From Eledone cirrhosa (Eukaryota): a stretch of 64,000 bases of DNA. Under the pieces are notes generated by a model, which did not search any database, was not told the DNA's origin, and saw only the letters and a list, made by a program, of their open reading frames with translations. The position numbers and the translations under genes are program-made. Positions 11,541 to 25,500 of the stretch are shown piece after piece (position 1 is the first letter of the stretch; each line of letters starts with the position of its first letter). The stretch lies in NCBI GenBank assembly GCA_964016885.1, contig OZ024743.1:132432001-132496000 (forward strand), given 5' to 3'.

Positions 11541-14500
11541 GGGGCTTGATGTTTGGTGTTTGGTGCTTGGTGTCTGGTGTTTGGTGCTTGGTGCTTGGTG
11601 ATTAGTGTTTGGTGCTTGCTGCTTGGGGTTTGGAGTTTGGTGCTTGGTGCTTGGTGTTTGGTGCTTGGTGTTTGGTGTTTGGTGCTTGGTGTTTGGTGTT
11701 TGCTGTTTGGTGTTTGGTGTTTGGTGTTTGGTGTTTGCTGTTTGCTGTTTGGTGTCTGCTTTTTGGTGTTTGGTGTTTGCTGTATGGTGTTTGCTGTTTC
11801 GTGTTTATTGTTTGCTGTTTGGTGTTTGGTGTTTCCTGTTTGGTCTTTAGTCTTTGGTGCTTGGTGTTTGGTGCTTGGTGCTTGGTATTTGGTGTTTGGT
11901 GCTTGGTGCTTGGTGTTTGGTGCTTGGTGCTTGGTGCTTGTTGTTTGGTGTTTGGTGTTTGGTGGTTGGTGCTTGGTGCTTGGTGTTTGGTGCTTGGTGC
12001 TTGGTGCTTGGTGTTTCCTGCTGCGTGCTTGGTGTTTTGTGCCTGGTGCTTGGTGCTTGGTGTTTGGTGTTTGGTGCTTGGTGTTTGGTGCTTGGTGCTA
12101 GGTGCTTGGTGTTTGGTGCTTAGTGCTTGGTGTTTGGTGCTTGGTGCTTCGTGTTTGGTGTTTGCTGTTTGCTGTTTGGTGTTTGCCGTTTGCTGTTTGG
12201 TGTTTGCTGTTTGGTGTTTGGTGTTTGGTGCTTGCTGTTTGGTGCTTGGTGTTTGGTGCTTGGTGCTTGGTGTTTTGTGTTTGGTGCTTGGGGCTTGATG
12301 TTTGGTGTTTGGTGCTTGGTGTTTGGTGCTTGGTGCTTGGTGCTGGGTGTTTGGTGCTTGGTGCTTGGTGCTTGGTGTTTGGTGCATTGTGCTTGTTGCT
12401 TGGTGTTTGTCGCTTGGTGCTTGGTGCTTGGTGTTTGGTGCTTGGTGTTTGGTGTTTGGTGCTTGGTGCTTGGTGCGTGGTGTTTTGTGTTTGTTGTTTG
12501 CTGTTTGGTGTTTGGTGTTTGCTCTTTGCTGTTTGGTGTCTGCTTTTTCGTGTTTGGTGTTTGCTGTATGGTGTTTGCTGTTTCATGTTTGGTGTTTGGT
12601 GCTTGGTGCTTGGTGCTTGGTGTTTGGTGTTTGGTGCTTGGTGTTTGGTGCTTAGTGCTTGGTGTTTGGTGTTTGGTGCTTGGTTCCTGGTGCTTGTTGT
12701 TTGGTGCTTGGTGCTTGGTGCTTGGTGCTTGGTGTTTTGTGTTTGTTGTTTGCTGTTTGGTGTTTGGTGTTTGCTCTTTGCTGTTTGGTGTCTGCTTTTT
12801 CATGTTTGCTGTTTGCTGTTTGGTGTTTCCTCTTTGCTGGTTGGTGTTTGGTGCTTGGTGCTTGGTGCTTGGTGTTTGGTGTTTGGTGCTTGGTGTTTGG
12901 TGCTTAGTGCTTGGTGTTTGGTGTTTGGTGCTTGGTGCCTGGTGCTTGTTGTTTGGTGTTTGGTGCTTGGGGCTTGATGTTTGGTGTTTGGTGCTTGGTG
13001 TCTGGTGTTTGGTGCTTGGTGTTTGGTGTTTGGTGCTTGGTGCTTGGTGTTTGGTGTTTGGTGCTTGGTGCTTGGTGTTTGGTGTTTTGTGCTTGGTGTT
13101 CGGTGCTTCGTGCTTGGTGTTTGGTGTTTGGTGCTTGGTGCTTGGTGTTTGGTGTTTGATGCTTGGTGTTTGATGCTTGGTGCTTGGTGCTTGGTGTTTG
13201 GTGCTTGGTGCTTGGTGTTTGTACTTGGTGCTTGGTGCTTGGTGTTTGGTGCTTGGTGCTTGGTGTTTGGTGCTTGGTTCTTGGTGTTTGGTGCTTGGTG
13301 CTTGGTGTTTGGTGCTTGGTGCTTGGTGTTTGGGTGTTTGGTGCTTGGTGTTTGGTGCTTGGTGCTTGGTGCTTGGTGGTTGGTGTTAGGTGTTTGGTGC
13401 TTGGTGCTTGGTATTTTGTGCTTCGTGCTTGGTGCTTGGTGTTTGGTGCTTGGTGCTTGGTGTTTGGTGCTTGCTGTTTGGTGCTTGGTGTTTGGTGTTT
13501 GGTGTTTGTGGCTTGGTGCTTGGTGTTTGGTGCTTGGTGCTTGGTGCTTTTTGTTTGGTGATTGGTGCTTGGTGCTTGGTGTTTGGTGTTTGGTGCTTGG
13601 GGCTTGGTGTTTGGTGCTGCATGCTTGGTGCTTGGTGCTTGGTGCTTGGTGTTTTGTGTTTGGTGTTTGATGCTTGGTGTTTGGTGTTTGGTGCTTGGTG
13701 CTTGGTGTTTGGTGTTTGATGCTTTGTGTTTGGTGTTTGGTGCTTGGTGCTTGGTGTTTGGTGCTTGGTGCTTGGTGTTTGTACTTGGTGCTTGGTGCTT
13801 GGTGTTTGGTGCTTGGTGTTTGTTGCTTGGTGCTTGGTGTTTGGTGCTTGGTGCTTGGTGTTTGGTGCTTGGTGCTTGGTGTTTGGTGCTTGGTGTTTGG
13901 TGCTTGGTGCTTGGTGTTTGTTGTTAGGTGTTTGGTGCTTCATGCTTGGTGCTTGGTGTTTGGTGCTTTGTTTTTGGTGTTTGGTGCTTGGTGCCTGGTG
14001 CATGGTGTTTGTTGCTTGGTGCTTGGTGTTTGGTGTTTGGTGCTTGGTGTTTGGTGCTTGGTGCTTGATGCTTGGTGTTAGGTGTTAGGTGTTTGGTGCT
14101 TGGTGCTTGGTGCTTGGTGCTTGGTGCTTGGTGTTTGGTGCTTGCTGCTTACTTCTTGCTGCTTGGTGTTTGGTGCTTGGTGATTGATGCTTGGTGTTTG
14201 GTGCTTGGTGCTTGGTGCTTGGTGTTTGGTGGTTGGTGCTTGGTGCTTGGTGTTTGGTGTTAGGTGCTTGGTGCTTGGTGTTTAGGGCTTGGTGTTTGGT
14301 GCCTGGTGCTCGTGCTTGGTGTTTGGTGCTTGGTGCTTGGTGTTTGGTGTTTGGTGCTTGGTGTTTGGTGCTTGGTGCTTGGTGCTGGGTGGTTGGCGTT
14401 CGGTGCTTGGTGCTTGGTGTTTGGTGCTTGGTGCTTGGTGCTTGGTGTTTGGTGCTTGGTGCTTGGTGCGTGGTCTTTGGTGCTTGGTGTTTGGTGTTTG

Positions 14501-16986
14501 GTGCTTGTTGCTTGGTGTTTGGTGCTTGGTGCTTGGTGATTAGTGTTTGGTGCTTGGTGCTTGGGGTTTGGTGTTTGGTTCTTGGTGCTTGGTGTTTGGT
14601 GCTTGGTGCTTGGTGTTTGGTGCTTGGTGTTTGGTGTTTGCTGTTTGGTGTTTGGTGTTTGGTATTTGGTGTTTGCTGTTTGCTGTTTGGTGTCTGCTTT
14701 TTGGTGTTTGGTGTTTGCTCTATGGTGTTTGCTGTTTGGTGTTTGGTGTTTGGTGTTTGGTGTTTCCTATTTGGTCTTTAGTCTTTCGTGCTTGGTGTTT
14801 GGTGCTTGGTGCTTGGTATTTGGTGTTTGGTGCTTGGTGCTTGGTGTTTGGTGCTTGGTGCTTGGTGCTTGTTGTTTGGTGTTTGGTGTTTGGTGTTTGG
14901 TGCTTGGTGCTTGGTGTTTGGTGCTTGGTGCTTGGTGTTTTGTGCTGCGTGCTTGGTGTTTGGTGCTTGGTGCTTGGTGCTTGGTGTTTGGTGTTTGGTG
15001 TTTGATGCTTGGTGCTTGGTGCTTGGTGTTTGGTGCTTGGTGATTGATGCTTGGTGTTTGGTGCTTGGTGCTAGGTGTTTGGTTTTTGGTGCTAGGTGCT
15101 TGGTGCTTGGTGTTTGGTGCTTGGTGTTTGGTGTTTGGTGCTTGGTGCTTGGTGCTTGGTGTTTGGTGCTTGGTTCTTGGTGCTTGGTGTTTGGTGTTTG
15201 GTGTTTGGTGCTTGGTGTTTGGTGCTTGCTGCTTGGTGCTGGGAGTTTGGTGCTTGTTGCTTGGTGTTTGCTGCATGGTGCTTGGTGCTTGGTGTTTGTC
15301 GCTTGGTGCTTGGTGCTTGGTGTTTGGTGCTTGGTGTTGGTGTTTGGTGCTTGGTGCTTGGTGTGTGGTGTTTGCTGTTTGCTGTTTGGTGTTTGGTGTT
15401 TGCTGTTTGCTGTTTGGTGTCTGCTTTTTCGTGTTTGGTGTTTGCTGTATGGTGTTTGCTGTTTCATGTTTGGAGTTTGCTGTTTGCTGTTTGCTGTTTC
15501 CTGTTTGCTGTTTGGTGTTTGGTGCTTGGTGCTTGGTGCTTGGTGTTTGGTGTTTGGTGCTTGGGGCTTGATGTTTGGTGTTTGGTGCTTGGTGTCTGGT
15601 GTTTGGTGCTTGGTGCTTGGTGATTAGTGTTTGGTGCTTGCTGCTTGGGGTTTGGTGTTTGGTGCTTGGTGCTTGGTGTTTGGTGCTTGGTGTTTGGTGT
15701 TTGGTGCTTGGTGTTTGGTGTTTGCTGTTTGGTGTTTGGTGTTTGGTGTTTGGTGTTTGCTGTTTGCTGTTTGGTGTCTGCTTTTTGGTGTTTGGTGTTT
15801 GCTGTATGGTGTTTGCTGTTTCGTGTTTATTGTTTGCTGTTTGGTGTTTGGTGTTTTGTTTGGTCTTTAGTCTTTGGTGCTTGGTGTTTGGTGCTTGGTG
15901 CTTGGTATTTGGTGTTTGGTGCTTGGTGCTTGGTGTTTGGTGCTTGGTGCTTGGTTCTTGTTGTTTGGTGTTTGGTGTTTGGTGGTTGGTGCTTGGTGCT
16001 TGGTGTTTGGTGCTTGGTGCTTGGTGTTTCCTGCTGCGTGCTTGGTGTTTTGTGCCTGGTGCTTGGTGCTTGGTGTTTGGTGTTTGGTGCTTGGTGTTTG
16101 GTGCTTGGTGCTAGGTGCTTGGTGTTTGGTGCTTAGTGCTTGGTGTTTGGTGCTTGGTGCTTCGTGTTTGGTGTTTGCTGTTTGGTGTTTGGTGTTTGGT
16201 GCTTGCTGTTTGGTGCTTGGTGTTTGGTGCTTGGTGCTTGGTGTTTTGTGTTTGGTGCTTGGGGCTTGATGTTTGGTGTTTGGTGCTTGGTGTTTGGTGC
16301 TTGGTGCTTGGTGCTGGGTGTTTGGTGCTTGGTGTTTGGTGTTTGGTGCTTGGTGCTTGGTGCTTGGTGTTTTGTGTTTGTTGTTTGCTGTTTGGTGTTT
16401 GGTGTTTGCTCTTTGCTGTTTGGTGTCTGCTTTTTCGTGTTTGGTGTTTGCTGTATGGTGTTTGCTGTTTCATGTTTGGTGTTTGGTGCTTGGTGCTTGG
16501 TGCTTGGTGTTTGGTGTTTGGTGCTTGGTGTTTGGTGCTCAGTGCTTGGTGTTTGGTGTTTGGTGCTTGGTGCCTGGTGCTTGTTGTTTAGTGCTTGGTG
16601 CTTGGTGCTTGGTTTTTTGTGTTTGTTGTTTGCTGTTTGATGTTTGGTGTTTGCTCTTTGCTGTTTGGTGTCTGCTTTTTCGTGTTTGCTGTTTGCTGTT
16701 TGGTGTTTCCTCTTTGCTGTTTGGTGTTTGGTGCTTGGTGCTTGGTGTTTGGTGATTGGTGCTTGGTGCTTGGTGTTTGGTGCTAGGTGCTTGGTGCTTG
16801 GTGTTTAGGGCTTGGTGTTTGGTGCTTGGTGCTTCGTGCTTGGTGTTTGGTGCTTGGTGCTTGGTGTTTGGTGTTTGGTGCTTGGTGTTTGGTGCTTGGT
16901 GCTTGGTGCTGGGTGGTAGGCGTTCGGTGCTTGGTGCTTGGTGTTTGGTGCTTGGTGCTTGGTGCTTGGTGTTTGGTGCTTGGTGC

Positions 16987-19900
16987 TTGGTGCTTGGTCT
17001 TTGGTGCTTGGTGCTTGGTGATTAGTGTTTGGTGCTTGGTGCCTGGGGTTTGGTGTTTGGTTCTTGGTGCTTGGTGTTTGGTGCTTGGTGCTTGGTTTTT
17101 GGTGCTTGGTGTTTGGTGTTTGCTGTTTGGTGTTTGGTGTTTGGTATTTGGTGTTTGCTGTTTGCTGTTTGGTGTCTGCTTTTTGGTGTTTGGTGTTTGC
17201 TCTATGGTGTTTGCTGTTTGGTGTTTGGTGTTTGGTGTTTGGTGTTTCCTATTTGGTCTTTAGTCTTTCGTGCTTGGTGTTTGGTGCTTGGTGCTTGGTA
17301 TTTGGTGTTTGGTGCTTGGTGCTTGGTGTTTGGTGCTTGGTGCTTGGTGCTTGTTGTTTGGTGTTTGGTGTTTGGTGTTTGGTGCTTGGTGCTTGGTGCT
17401 TGGTGCTTGGTGCTTGGTGTTTCGTGCTGCGTGCTTGGTGTTTGGTGCTTGGTGCTTGGTGCTTGGTGTTTGGTGTTTGGTGTTTGATGCTTGGTGCTTG
17501 GTGCTTGGTGTTTGGTGCTTGGTGATTGATGCTTGGTGTTTGGTGCTTGGTGCTAGGTGTTTGGTGTTTGGTGCTAGGTGCTTGGTGCTTGGTGTTTGGT
17601 GCTTGGTGTTTGGTGTTTGGTGCTTGGTGCTTGGTGCTTGGTGTTTGGTGCCTGGTTCTTGGTGCTTGGTGTTTGGTGTTTGGTGTTTGGTGCTTGGTGT
17701 TTGGTGCTTGGTGCTTGGTGCTGGGAGTGTGGTGCTTGTTGCTTGGTGTTTGCTGCATGGTGCTTGGTGCTTGGTGTTTGTCGCTTGGTGCTTGGTGCTT
17801 GGTGTTTGGTGCTTGGTGTTTGGTGTTTGGTGCTTGGTGCTTGGTGTGTGGTGTTTGCTGTTTGCTGTTTGCTGTTTGGTGTTTGCTGTTTGCTGTTTGG
17901 TGTCTGCTTTTTCGTGTTTGGTGTTTGCTGTATGGTGTTTGCTGTTTCATGTTTGGAGTTTGCTGTTTGCTGTTTGCTGTTTCCTGTTTGCTGTTTGGTG
18001 TTTGGTGCTTGGTGCTTGGTGCTTGGTTTTTGGTGTTTGCTGCTTGGGGCTTGATGTTTGGTGTTTGGTGCTTGGTGTCTGGTGTTTGGTGCTTGGTGCT
18101 TGGTGATTAGTGTTTGGTGCTTGCTGCTTGGGGTTTGGTGTTTGGTGCTTGGTGCTTGGTGTTTGGTGCTTGGTGTTTGGTGTTTGGTGCTTGGTGTTTG
18201 GTGTTTGCTGTTTGCTGTTTTGTGTTTGGTGTTTGGTGTTTGCTGTTTGCTGTTTGGTGTCTGCTTTTTGGTGTTTGGTGTTTTGTTTGGTCTTTAGTCT
18301 TTGGTGCTTGGTGTTTGGTGCTTGGTGCTTGGTATTTGGTGTTTGGTGCTTGGTGCTTGGTGTTTGGTGCTTGGTGCTTGGTGCTTGTTGTTTGGTGTTT
18401 GGTGTTTGGTGTTTGGTGCTTGGTGCTTGGTGTTTGGTGCTTGGTGCTTGGTGTTTCCTGCTGCGTGCTTGGTGTTTTGTGCCTGGTGCTTGGTGCTTGG
18501 TGTTTGGTGTTTGGTGCTTGGTGTTTGGTGCTTGGTGCTAGGTGCTTGGTGTTTGGTGCTTAGTGCTTGGTGTTTGGTGCTTGGTGCTTCGTGTTTGGTG
18601 TTTGCTGTTTGCTGTTTGGTGTTTGCCGTTTGCTGTTTGGTGTTTGCTGTTTGGTGTTTGGTGTTTGGTGCTTGCTGTTTGGTGCTTGGTGTTTGGTGCT
18701 TGGTGCTTGGTGTTTTTTGTTTGGTGCTTGGGGCTTGATGTTTGGTGTTTGGTGCTTGGTGTTTGGTGCTTGGTGCTTGGTGCTGGGTGTTTGGTGCTTG
18801 GTGTTTGGTGTTTGGTGCTTGGTGCTTGGTGCTTGGTGTTTTGTGTTTGTTGTTTGCTTTTTCGTGTTTGGTGTTTGCTGTATGGTGTTTGCTGTTTCAT
18901 GTTTGGTGATTGGTGCTTGGTGCTTGGTGCTTGGTGTTTGGTGTTTGGTGCTTGGTGTTTGGTGCTTAGTGCTTGGTGTTTGGTGTTTGGTGCTTGGTGC
19001 CTGGTGCTTGTTGTTTGGTGCTTGGTGCTTGGTGCTTGGTTTTTTGTGTTTGTTGTTTGCTGTTTGATGTTTGGTGTTTGCTCTTTGCTGTTTGGTGTCT
19101 GCTATTTCGTGTTTGCTGTTTGCTGATTGGTGTTTCCTCTTTGCTGTTTGGTGTTTGGTGCTTGGTGCTTGGTGCTTGGTGTTTGGTGTTTGGTGCTTGG
19201 TGTTTGGTGCTTAGTGCTTGGTGTTTGGTGTTTGGTGCTTGGTGCCTGGTGCTTGTTGTATGGTGTTTGGTGCTTGGTGCTTGATGTTTGGTGTTTGGTG
19301 CTTGGTGTCTGGTGTTTGGTGCTTGGTGTTTGGTGTTTGGTGCTTGGTGCTTGGTGTTTGGTGTTTGGTGCTTGGTGCTTGGTGTTTGGTGTTTTGTGCT
19401 TGGGGTTTGGTGCTTGGTGCTTGGTGTTTGGTGTTTGGTGCTTGGTGCTTGGTGTTTGGTGTTTGGTGTTTGATGCTTGGTGTTTGATGCTTGGTGCTTG
19501 GTGCTTGGTGTTTGGTGCTTGGTGCTTGGTGTTTGTACTTGGTGCCTGGTGCTTGGTGTTTGGTGCTTGGTGCTTGGTGTTTGGTGCTTGGTTCTTGGTG
19601 TTTGGTGCTTGGTGCTTGGTGTTTGGTGCTTGGTGCTTGGTGTTTGGTGTTTGGTGCTTGGTGTTTGGTGCTTGGTGCTTGGTGCTTGGTGGTTGGTGTT
19701 AGGTGTTTGGTGCTTGGTGCTTGGTGTTTTGTGCTTCGTGCTTGGTGTTTGGTGTTTGGTGCTTGGTGCTTGGTGTTTGGTGCTTGGTGTTTGGTGCTTG
19801 GTGTTTGGTGTTTGGTGTTTGGTGCTTGGTGCTTGGTGTTTGGTGCTTGGTGCTTGGTGCTTGTTGTTTGGTGATTGGTGCTTGGTGCTTGGTGTTTGGT

Positions 19901-22532
19901 GCTTGGTGCTTGGGGCTTGGTGTTTGGTGCTGCATGCTTGGTGTTTGGTGCTTGGTGCTTGGTGTTTTGTGTATGGTGTTTGATGCTTGGTGTTTGGTGT
20001 TTGGTGCTTGGTGCTTGGTGTTTGGTGTTTGATGCTTGGTGTTTGGTGTTTGGTGCTTGGTGCTTGGTGTTTGGTGCTTGGTGCTTGGTGTTTGTACTTG
20101 GTGCTTGGTGCTTGGTGTTTGGTGCTTGGTGTTTGTTGCTTGGTGCTTGGTGTTTGGTGCTTGGTGCTTGGTGTTTGGTGCTTGGTGCTTGGTGTTTGGT
20201 GCTTGGTGTTTGGTGCTTCATGCTTGGTGCTTGGTGTTTTGTGCTTTGTTCTTGGTGTTTGGTGCTTGGTGCCTGGTGCATGGTGTTTGTTGCTTGGTGC
20301 TTGCTGTTTGGTGTTTGGTGCTTGGTGTTTGGTGCTTGGTGCTTGATGCTTGGTGTTAGGTGTTAGGTGTTTGGTGCTTGGTGCTTGGTGCTTGGTGCTT
20401 GGTGCTTGGTGTTTGGTGCTTGCTGCTTGCTTCTTGCTGCTTGGTGTTTGGTGCTTGGTGATTGGTGCTTGGTGTTTGGTGCTTGGTGCTTGGTGCTTGG
20501 TGTTTGGTGATTGGTGCTTGGTGCTTGGTTTTTGGTGCTAGGTGCTTGGTGCTTGGTGTTTAGGGCTTGGTGTTTGGTGCTTGGTGCTTCGTGCTTGGTG
20601 TTTGGTGCTTGGTGCTTGGTGTTTGGTGTTTGGTGCTTGGTGTTTGGTGCTTGGTGCTTGGTGCTGGGTGGTAGGCGTTCGGTGCTTGGTGCTTGGTGTT
20701 TAGTGCTTGGTGCTTGGTGCTTGGTGTTTGGTGCTTGGTGCTTGGTGCTTGGTCTTTGGTGCTTGGTGTTTGGTGTTTGGTGCTTGTTGCTTGGTGTTTG
20801 GTGCTTGGTGCTTGGTGATTAGTGTTTGGTGCTTGGTGCTTGGGGTTTGGTGTTTGGTTCTTGGTGCTTGGTGTTTGGTGCTTGGTGCTTGGTGTTTGGT
20901 GCTTGGTATTTGGTGTTTGCTGTTTGGTGTTTGGTGTTTGGTATTTGGTGTTTGCTGTTTGCTGTTTGGTGTCTGCTTTTTGGTGTTTGGTGTTTGCTCT
21001 ATGGTGTTTGCTGTTTGGTGTTTGGTGTTTGGTGTTTGGTGTTTCCTATTTGGTCTTTAGTCTTTCGTGCTTGGTGTTTGGTGCTTGGTGCTTGGTATTT
21101 GGTGTTTGGTGCTTGGTGCTTGGTGTTTGGTGCTTGGTGCTTGGTGCTTGTTGTTTGGTGTTTGGTGTTTGGTGTTTGGTGCTTGGTGCTTGGTGCTTGG
21201 TGCTTGGTGCTTGGTGTTTCGTGCTGCGTGCTTGGTGTTTGGTGCTTGGTGCTTGGTGCTTGGTGTTTGGTGTTTGGTGTTTGATGCTTGGTGCTTGGTG
21301 CTTGGTGTTTGGTGCTTGGTGATTGATGCTTGGTGTTTGGTGCTTGGTGCTAGGTGTTTGGTTTTTGGTGCTAGGTGCTTGGTGCTTGGTGTTTGGTGCT
21401 TGGTGTTTGGTGTTTGGTGCTTGGTGCTTGGTGCTTGGTGTTTGGTGCTTGGTTCTTGGTGCTTGGTGTTTGGTGTTTGGTGTTTGGTGTTTGGTGCTTG
21501 TTGCTTGGTGTTTGCTGCATGGTGCTTGTTGCTTGGTGTTTGTCGCTTGGTGCTTGGTGCTTGGTGTTTGGTGCTTGGTGTTTGGTGTTTGGTGCTTGGT
21601 GCTTGGTGTGTGGTGTTTGCTGTTTGCTGTTTGGTGTTTGGTGTTTGCTGTTTGCTGTTTGGTGTCTGCTTTTTCGTGTTTGGTGTTTGCTGTATGGTGT
21701 TTGCTGTTTGCTGTTTGGTGTTTGGTGCTTGGTGCTTGGTGTTTGGTGTTTGGTGCTTGGGGCTTGATGTTTGGTGTTTGGTGCTTGGTGTCTGGTGTTT
21801 GGTGCTTGGTGCTTGGTGATTAGTGTTTGGTGCTTGCTGCTTGGGGTTTGGTGTTTGGTGCTTGGTGCTTGGTGTTTGGTGCTTGGTGTTTGGTGTTTGG
21901 TGCTTGGTGTTTGGTGTTTGCTGTTTGGTGTTTGGTGTTTGGTGTTTGGTGTTTGCTGTTTGCTGTTTGGTGCTTGGGGCTTGGTGTTTGGTGCTGCATG
22001 CTTGGTGCTTGGTGCTTGGTGCTTGGTGTTTTGTGCTTGGTGCTTGGTGTTTGGTGCTTGGTGTTTGGTGCTTGGTGTTTGGTGTTTGGTGTTTGGTGCT
22101 TGGTGCTTGGTGTTTGGTGCTTGGTGCTTGGTGCTTGTTGTTTGGTGATTGGTGCTTGGTGCTTGGTGTTTGGTGTTTGGTGCTTGGGGCTTGGTGTTTG
22201 GTGCTGCATGCTTGGTGCTTGGTGCTTGGTGCTTGGTGTTTTGTGTATGGTGTTTGATGCTTGGTGTTTGGTGTTTGGTGTTTGGTGCTTGGGGCTTGGT
22301 GTTTGGTGCTGCATGCTTGGTGCTTGGTGCTTGGTGCTTGGTGTTTTGTGTATGGTGTTTGATGCTTGGTGTTTGGTGTTTGGTGCTTGGTGCTTGGTGT
22401 TTGGTGTTTGATGCTTGGTGTTTGGTGTTTGGTGATTGGTGCTTGGTGTTTGGTGCTTGGTGCTTGGTGTTTGTACTTGGTGCTTGGTGCTTGGTGTTTG
22501 GTGCTTGGTGTTTGTTGCTTGGTGCTTGGTGT
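16987..22532 (+). repeat. 5546-bp tandem duplication, copy 1
   Basis: ORF pairs at offset 5546: 17025/22571, 17249/22795, 18110/23656, 19211/24757, 20822/26368, 21771/27317, 22366/27912. 5546 = 793 x 7 - 5, matching three 6-bp units and one 5-bp unit inside the copy. Confidence 0.94.
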
Positions 22533-25500
22533 TTGGTGCTTGGTCTTTGGTGCTTGGTGCTTGGTGATTAGTGTTTGGTGCTTGGTGCCTGGGGTTTGGT
22601 GTTTGGTTCTTGGTGCTTGGTGTTTGGTGCTTGGTGCTTGGTTTTTGGTGCTTGGTGTTTGGTGTTTGCTGTTTGGTGTTTGGTGTTTGGTATTTGGTGT
22701 TTGCTGTTTGCTGTTTGGTGTCTGCTTTTTGGTGTTTGGTGTTTGCTCTATGGTGTTTGCTGTTTGGTGTTTGGTGTTTGGTGTTTGGTGTTTCCTATTT
22801 GGTCTTTAGTCTTTCGTGCTTGGTGTTTGGTGCTTGGTGCTTGGTATTTGGTGTTTGGTGCTTGGTGCTTGGTGTTTGGTGCTTGGTGCTTGGTGCTTGT
22901 TGTTTGGTGTTTGGTGTTTGGTGTTTGGTGCTTGGTGCTTGGTGCTTGGTGCTTGGTGCTTGGTGTTTCGTGCTGCGTGCTTGGTGTTTGGTGCTTGGTG
23001 CTTGGTGCTTGGTGTTTGGTGTTTGGTGTTTGATGCTTGGTGCTTGGTGCTTGGTGTTTGGTGCTTGGTGATTGATGCTTGGTGTTTGGTGCTTGGTGCT
23101 AGGTGTTTGGTGTTTGGTGCTAGGTGCTTGGTGCTTGGTGTTTGGTGCTTGGTGTTTGGTGTTTGGTGCTTGGTGCTTGGTGCTTGGTGTTTGGTGCCTG
23201 GTTCTTGGTGCTTGGTGTTTGGTGTTTGGTGTTTGGTGCTTGGTGTTTGGTGCTTGGTGCTTGGTGCTGGGAGTGTGGTGCTTGTTGCTTGGTGTTTGCT
23301 GCATGGTGCTTGGTGCTTGGTGTTTGTCGCTTGGTGCTTGGTGCTTGGTGTTTGGTGCTTGGTGTTTGGTGTTTGGTGCTTGGTGCTTGGTGTGTGGTGT
23401 TTGCTGTTTGCTGTTTGCTGTTTGGTGTTTGCTGTTTGCTGTTTGGTGTCTGCTTTTTCGTGTTTGGTGTTTGCTGTATGGTGTTTGCTGTTTCATGTTT
23501 GGAGTTTGCTGTTTGCTGTTTGCTGTTTCCTGTTTGCTGTTTGGTGTTTGGTGCTTGGTGCTTGGTGCTTGGTTTTTGGTGTTTGCTGCTTGGGGCTTGA
23601 TGTTTGGTGTTTGGTGCTTGGTGTCTGGTGTTTGGTGCTTGGTGCTTGGTGATTAGTGTTTGGTGCTTGCTGCTTGGGGTTTGGTGTTTGGTGCTTGGTG
23701 CTTGGTGTTTGGTGCTTGGTGTTTGGTGTTTGGTGCTTGGTGTTTGGTGTTTGCTGTTTGCTGTTTTGTGTTTGGTGTTTGGTGTTTGCTGTTTGCTGTT
23801 TGGTGTCTGCTTTTTGGTGTTTGGTGTTTTGTTTGGTCTTTAGTCTTTGGTGCTTGGTGTTTGGTGCTTGGTGCTTGGTATTTGGTGTTTGGTGCTTGGT
23901 GCTTGGTGTTTGGTGCTTGGTGCTTGGTGCTTGTTGTTTGGTGTTTGGTGTTTGGTGCTTGGTGCTTGGTGCTTGGTGTTTGGTGCTTGGTGCTTGGTGT
24001 TTCCTGCTGCGTGCTTGGTGTTTTGTGCCTGGTGCTTGGTGCTTGGTGTTTGGTGTTTGGTGCTTGGTGTTTGGTGCTTGGTGCTAGGTGCTTGGTGTTT
24101 GGTGCTTAGTGCTTGGTGTTTGGTGCTTGGTGCTTCGTGTTTGGTGTTTGCTGTTTGCTGTTTGGTGTTTGCCGTTTGCTGTTTGGTGTTTGCTGTTTGG
24201 TGTTTGGTGTTTGGTGCTTGCTGTTTGGTGCTTGGTGTTTGGTGCTTGGTGCTTGGTGTTTTTTGTTTGGTGCTTGGGGCTTGATGTTTGGTGTTTGGTG
24301 CTTGGTGTTTGGTGCTTGGTGCTTGGTGCTGGGTGTTTGGTGCTTGGTGTTTGGTGTTTGGTGCTTGGTGCTTGGTGCTTGGTGTTTTGTGTTTGTTGTT
24401 TGCTTTTTCGTGTTTGGTGTTTGCTGTATGGTGTTTGCTGTTTCATGTTTGGTGATTGGTGCTTGGTGCTTGGTGCTTGGTGTTTGGTGTTTGGTGCTTG
24501 GTGTTTGGTGCTTAGTGCTTGGTGTTTGGTGTTTGGTGCTTGGTGCCTGGTGCTTGTTGTTTGGTGCTTGGTGCTTGGTGCTTGGTTTTTTGTGTTTGTT
24601 GTTTGCTGTTTGATGTTTGGTGTTTGCTCTTTGCTGTTTGGTGTCTGCTTTTTCGTGTTTGCTGTTTGCTGATTGGTGTTTCCTCTTTGCTGTTTGGTGT
24701 TTGGTGCTTGGTGCTTGGTGCTTGGTGTTTGGTGTTTGGTGCTTGGTGTTTGGTGCTTAGTGCTTGGTGTTTGGTGTTTGGTGCTTGGTGCCTGGTGCTT
24801 GTTGTATGGTGTTTGGTGCTTGGTGCTTGATGTTTGGTGTTTGGTGCTTGGTGTCTGGTGTTTGGTGCTTGGTGTTTGGTGTTTGGTGCTTGGTGCTTGG
24901 TGTTTGGTGTTTGGTGCTTGGTGCTTGGTGTTTGGTGTTTTGTGCTTGGGGTTTGGTGCTTGGTGCTTGGTGTTTGGTGTTTGGTGCTTGGTGCTTGGTG
25001 TTTGGTGTTTGGTGTTTGATGCTTGGTGTTTGATGCTTGGTGCTTGGTGCTTGGTGTTTGGTGCTTGGTGCTTGGTGTTTGTACTTGGTGCCTGGTGCTT
25101 GGTGTTTGGTGCTTGGTGCTTGGTGTTTGGTGCTTGGTTCTTGGTGTTTGGTGCTTGGTGCTTGGTGTTTGGTGCTTGGTGCTTGGTGTTTGGTGTTTGG
25201 TGCTTGGTGTTTGGTGCTTGGTGCTTGGTGCTTGGTGGTTGGTGTTAGGTGTTTGGTGCTTGGTGCTTGGTGTTTTGTGCTTCGTGCTTGGTGTTTGGTG
25301 TTTGGTGCTTGGTGCTTGGTGTTTGGTGCTTGGTGTTTGGTGCTTGGTGTTTGGTGTTTGGTGTTTGGTGCTTGGTGCTTGGTGTTTGGTGCTTGGTGCT
25401 TGGTGCTTGTTGTTTGGTGATTGGTGCTTGGTGCTTGGTGTTTGGTGCTTGGTGCTTGGGGCTTGGTGTTTGGTGCTGCATGCTTGGTGTTTGGTGCTTG

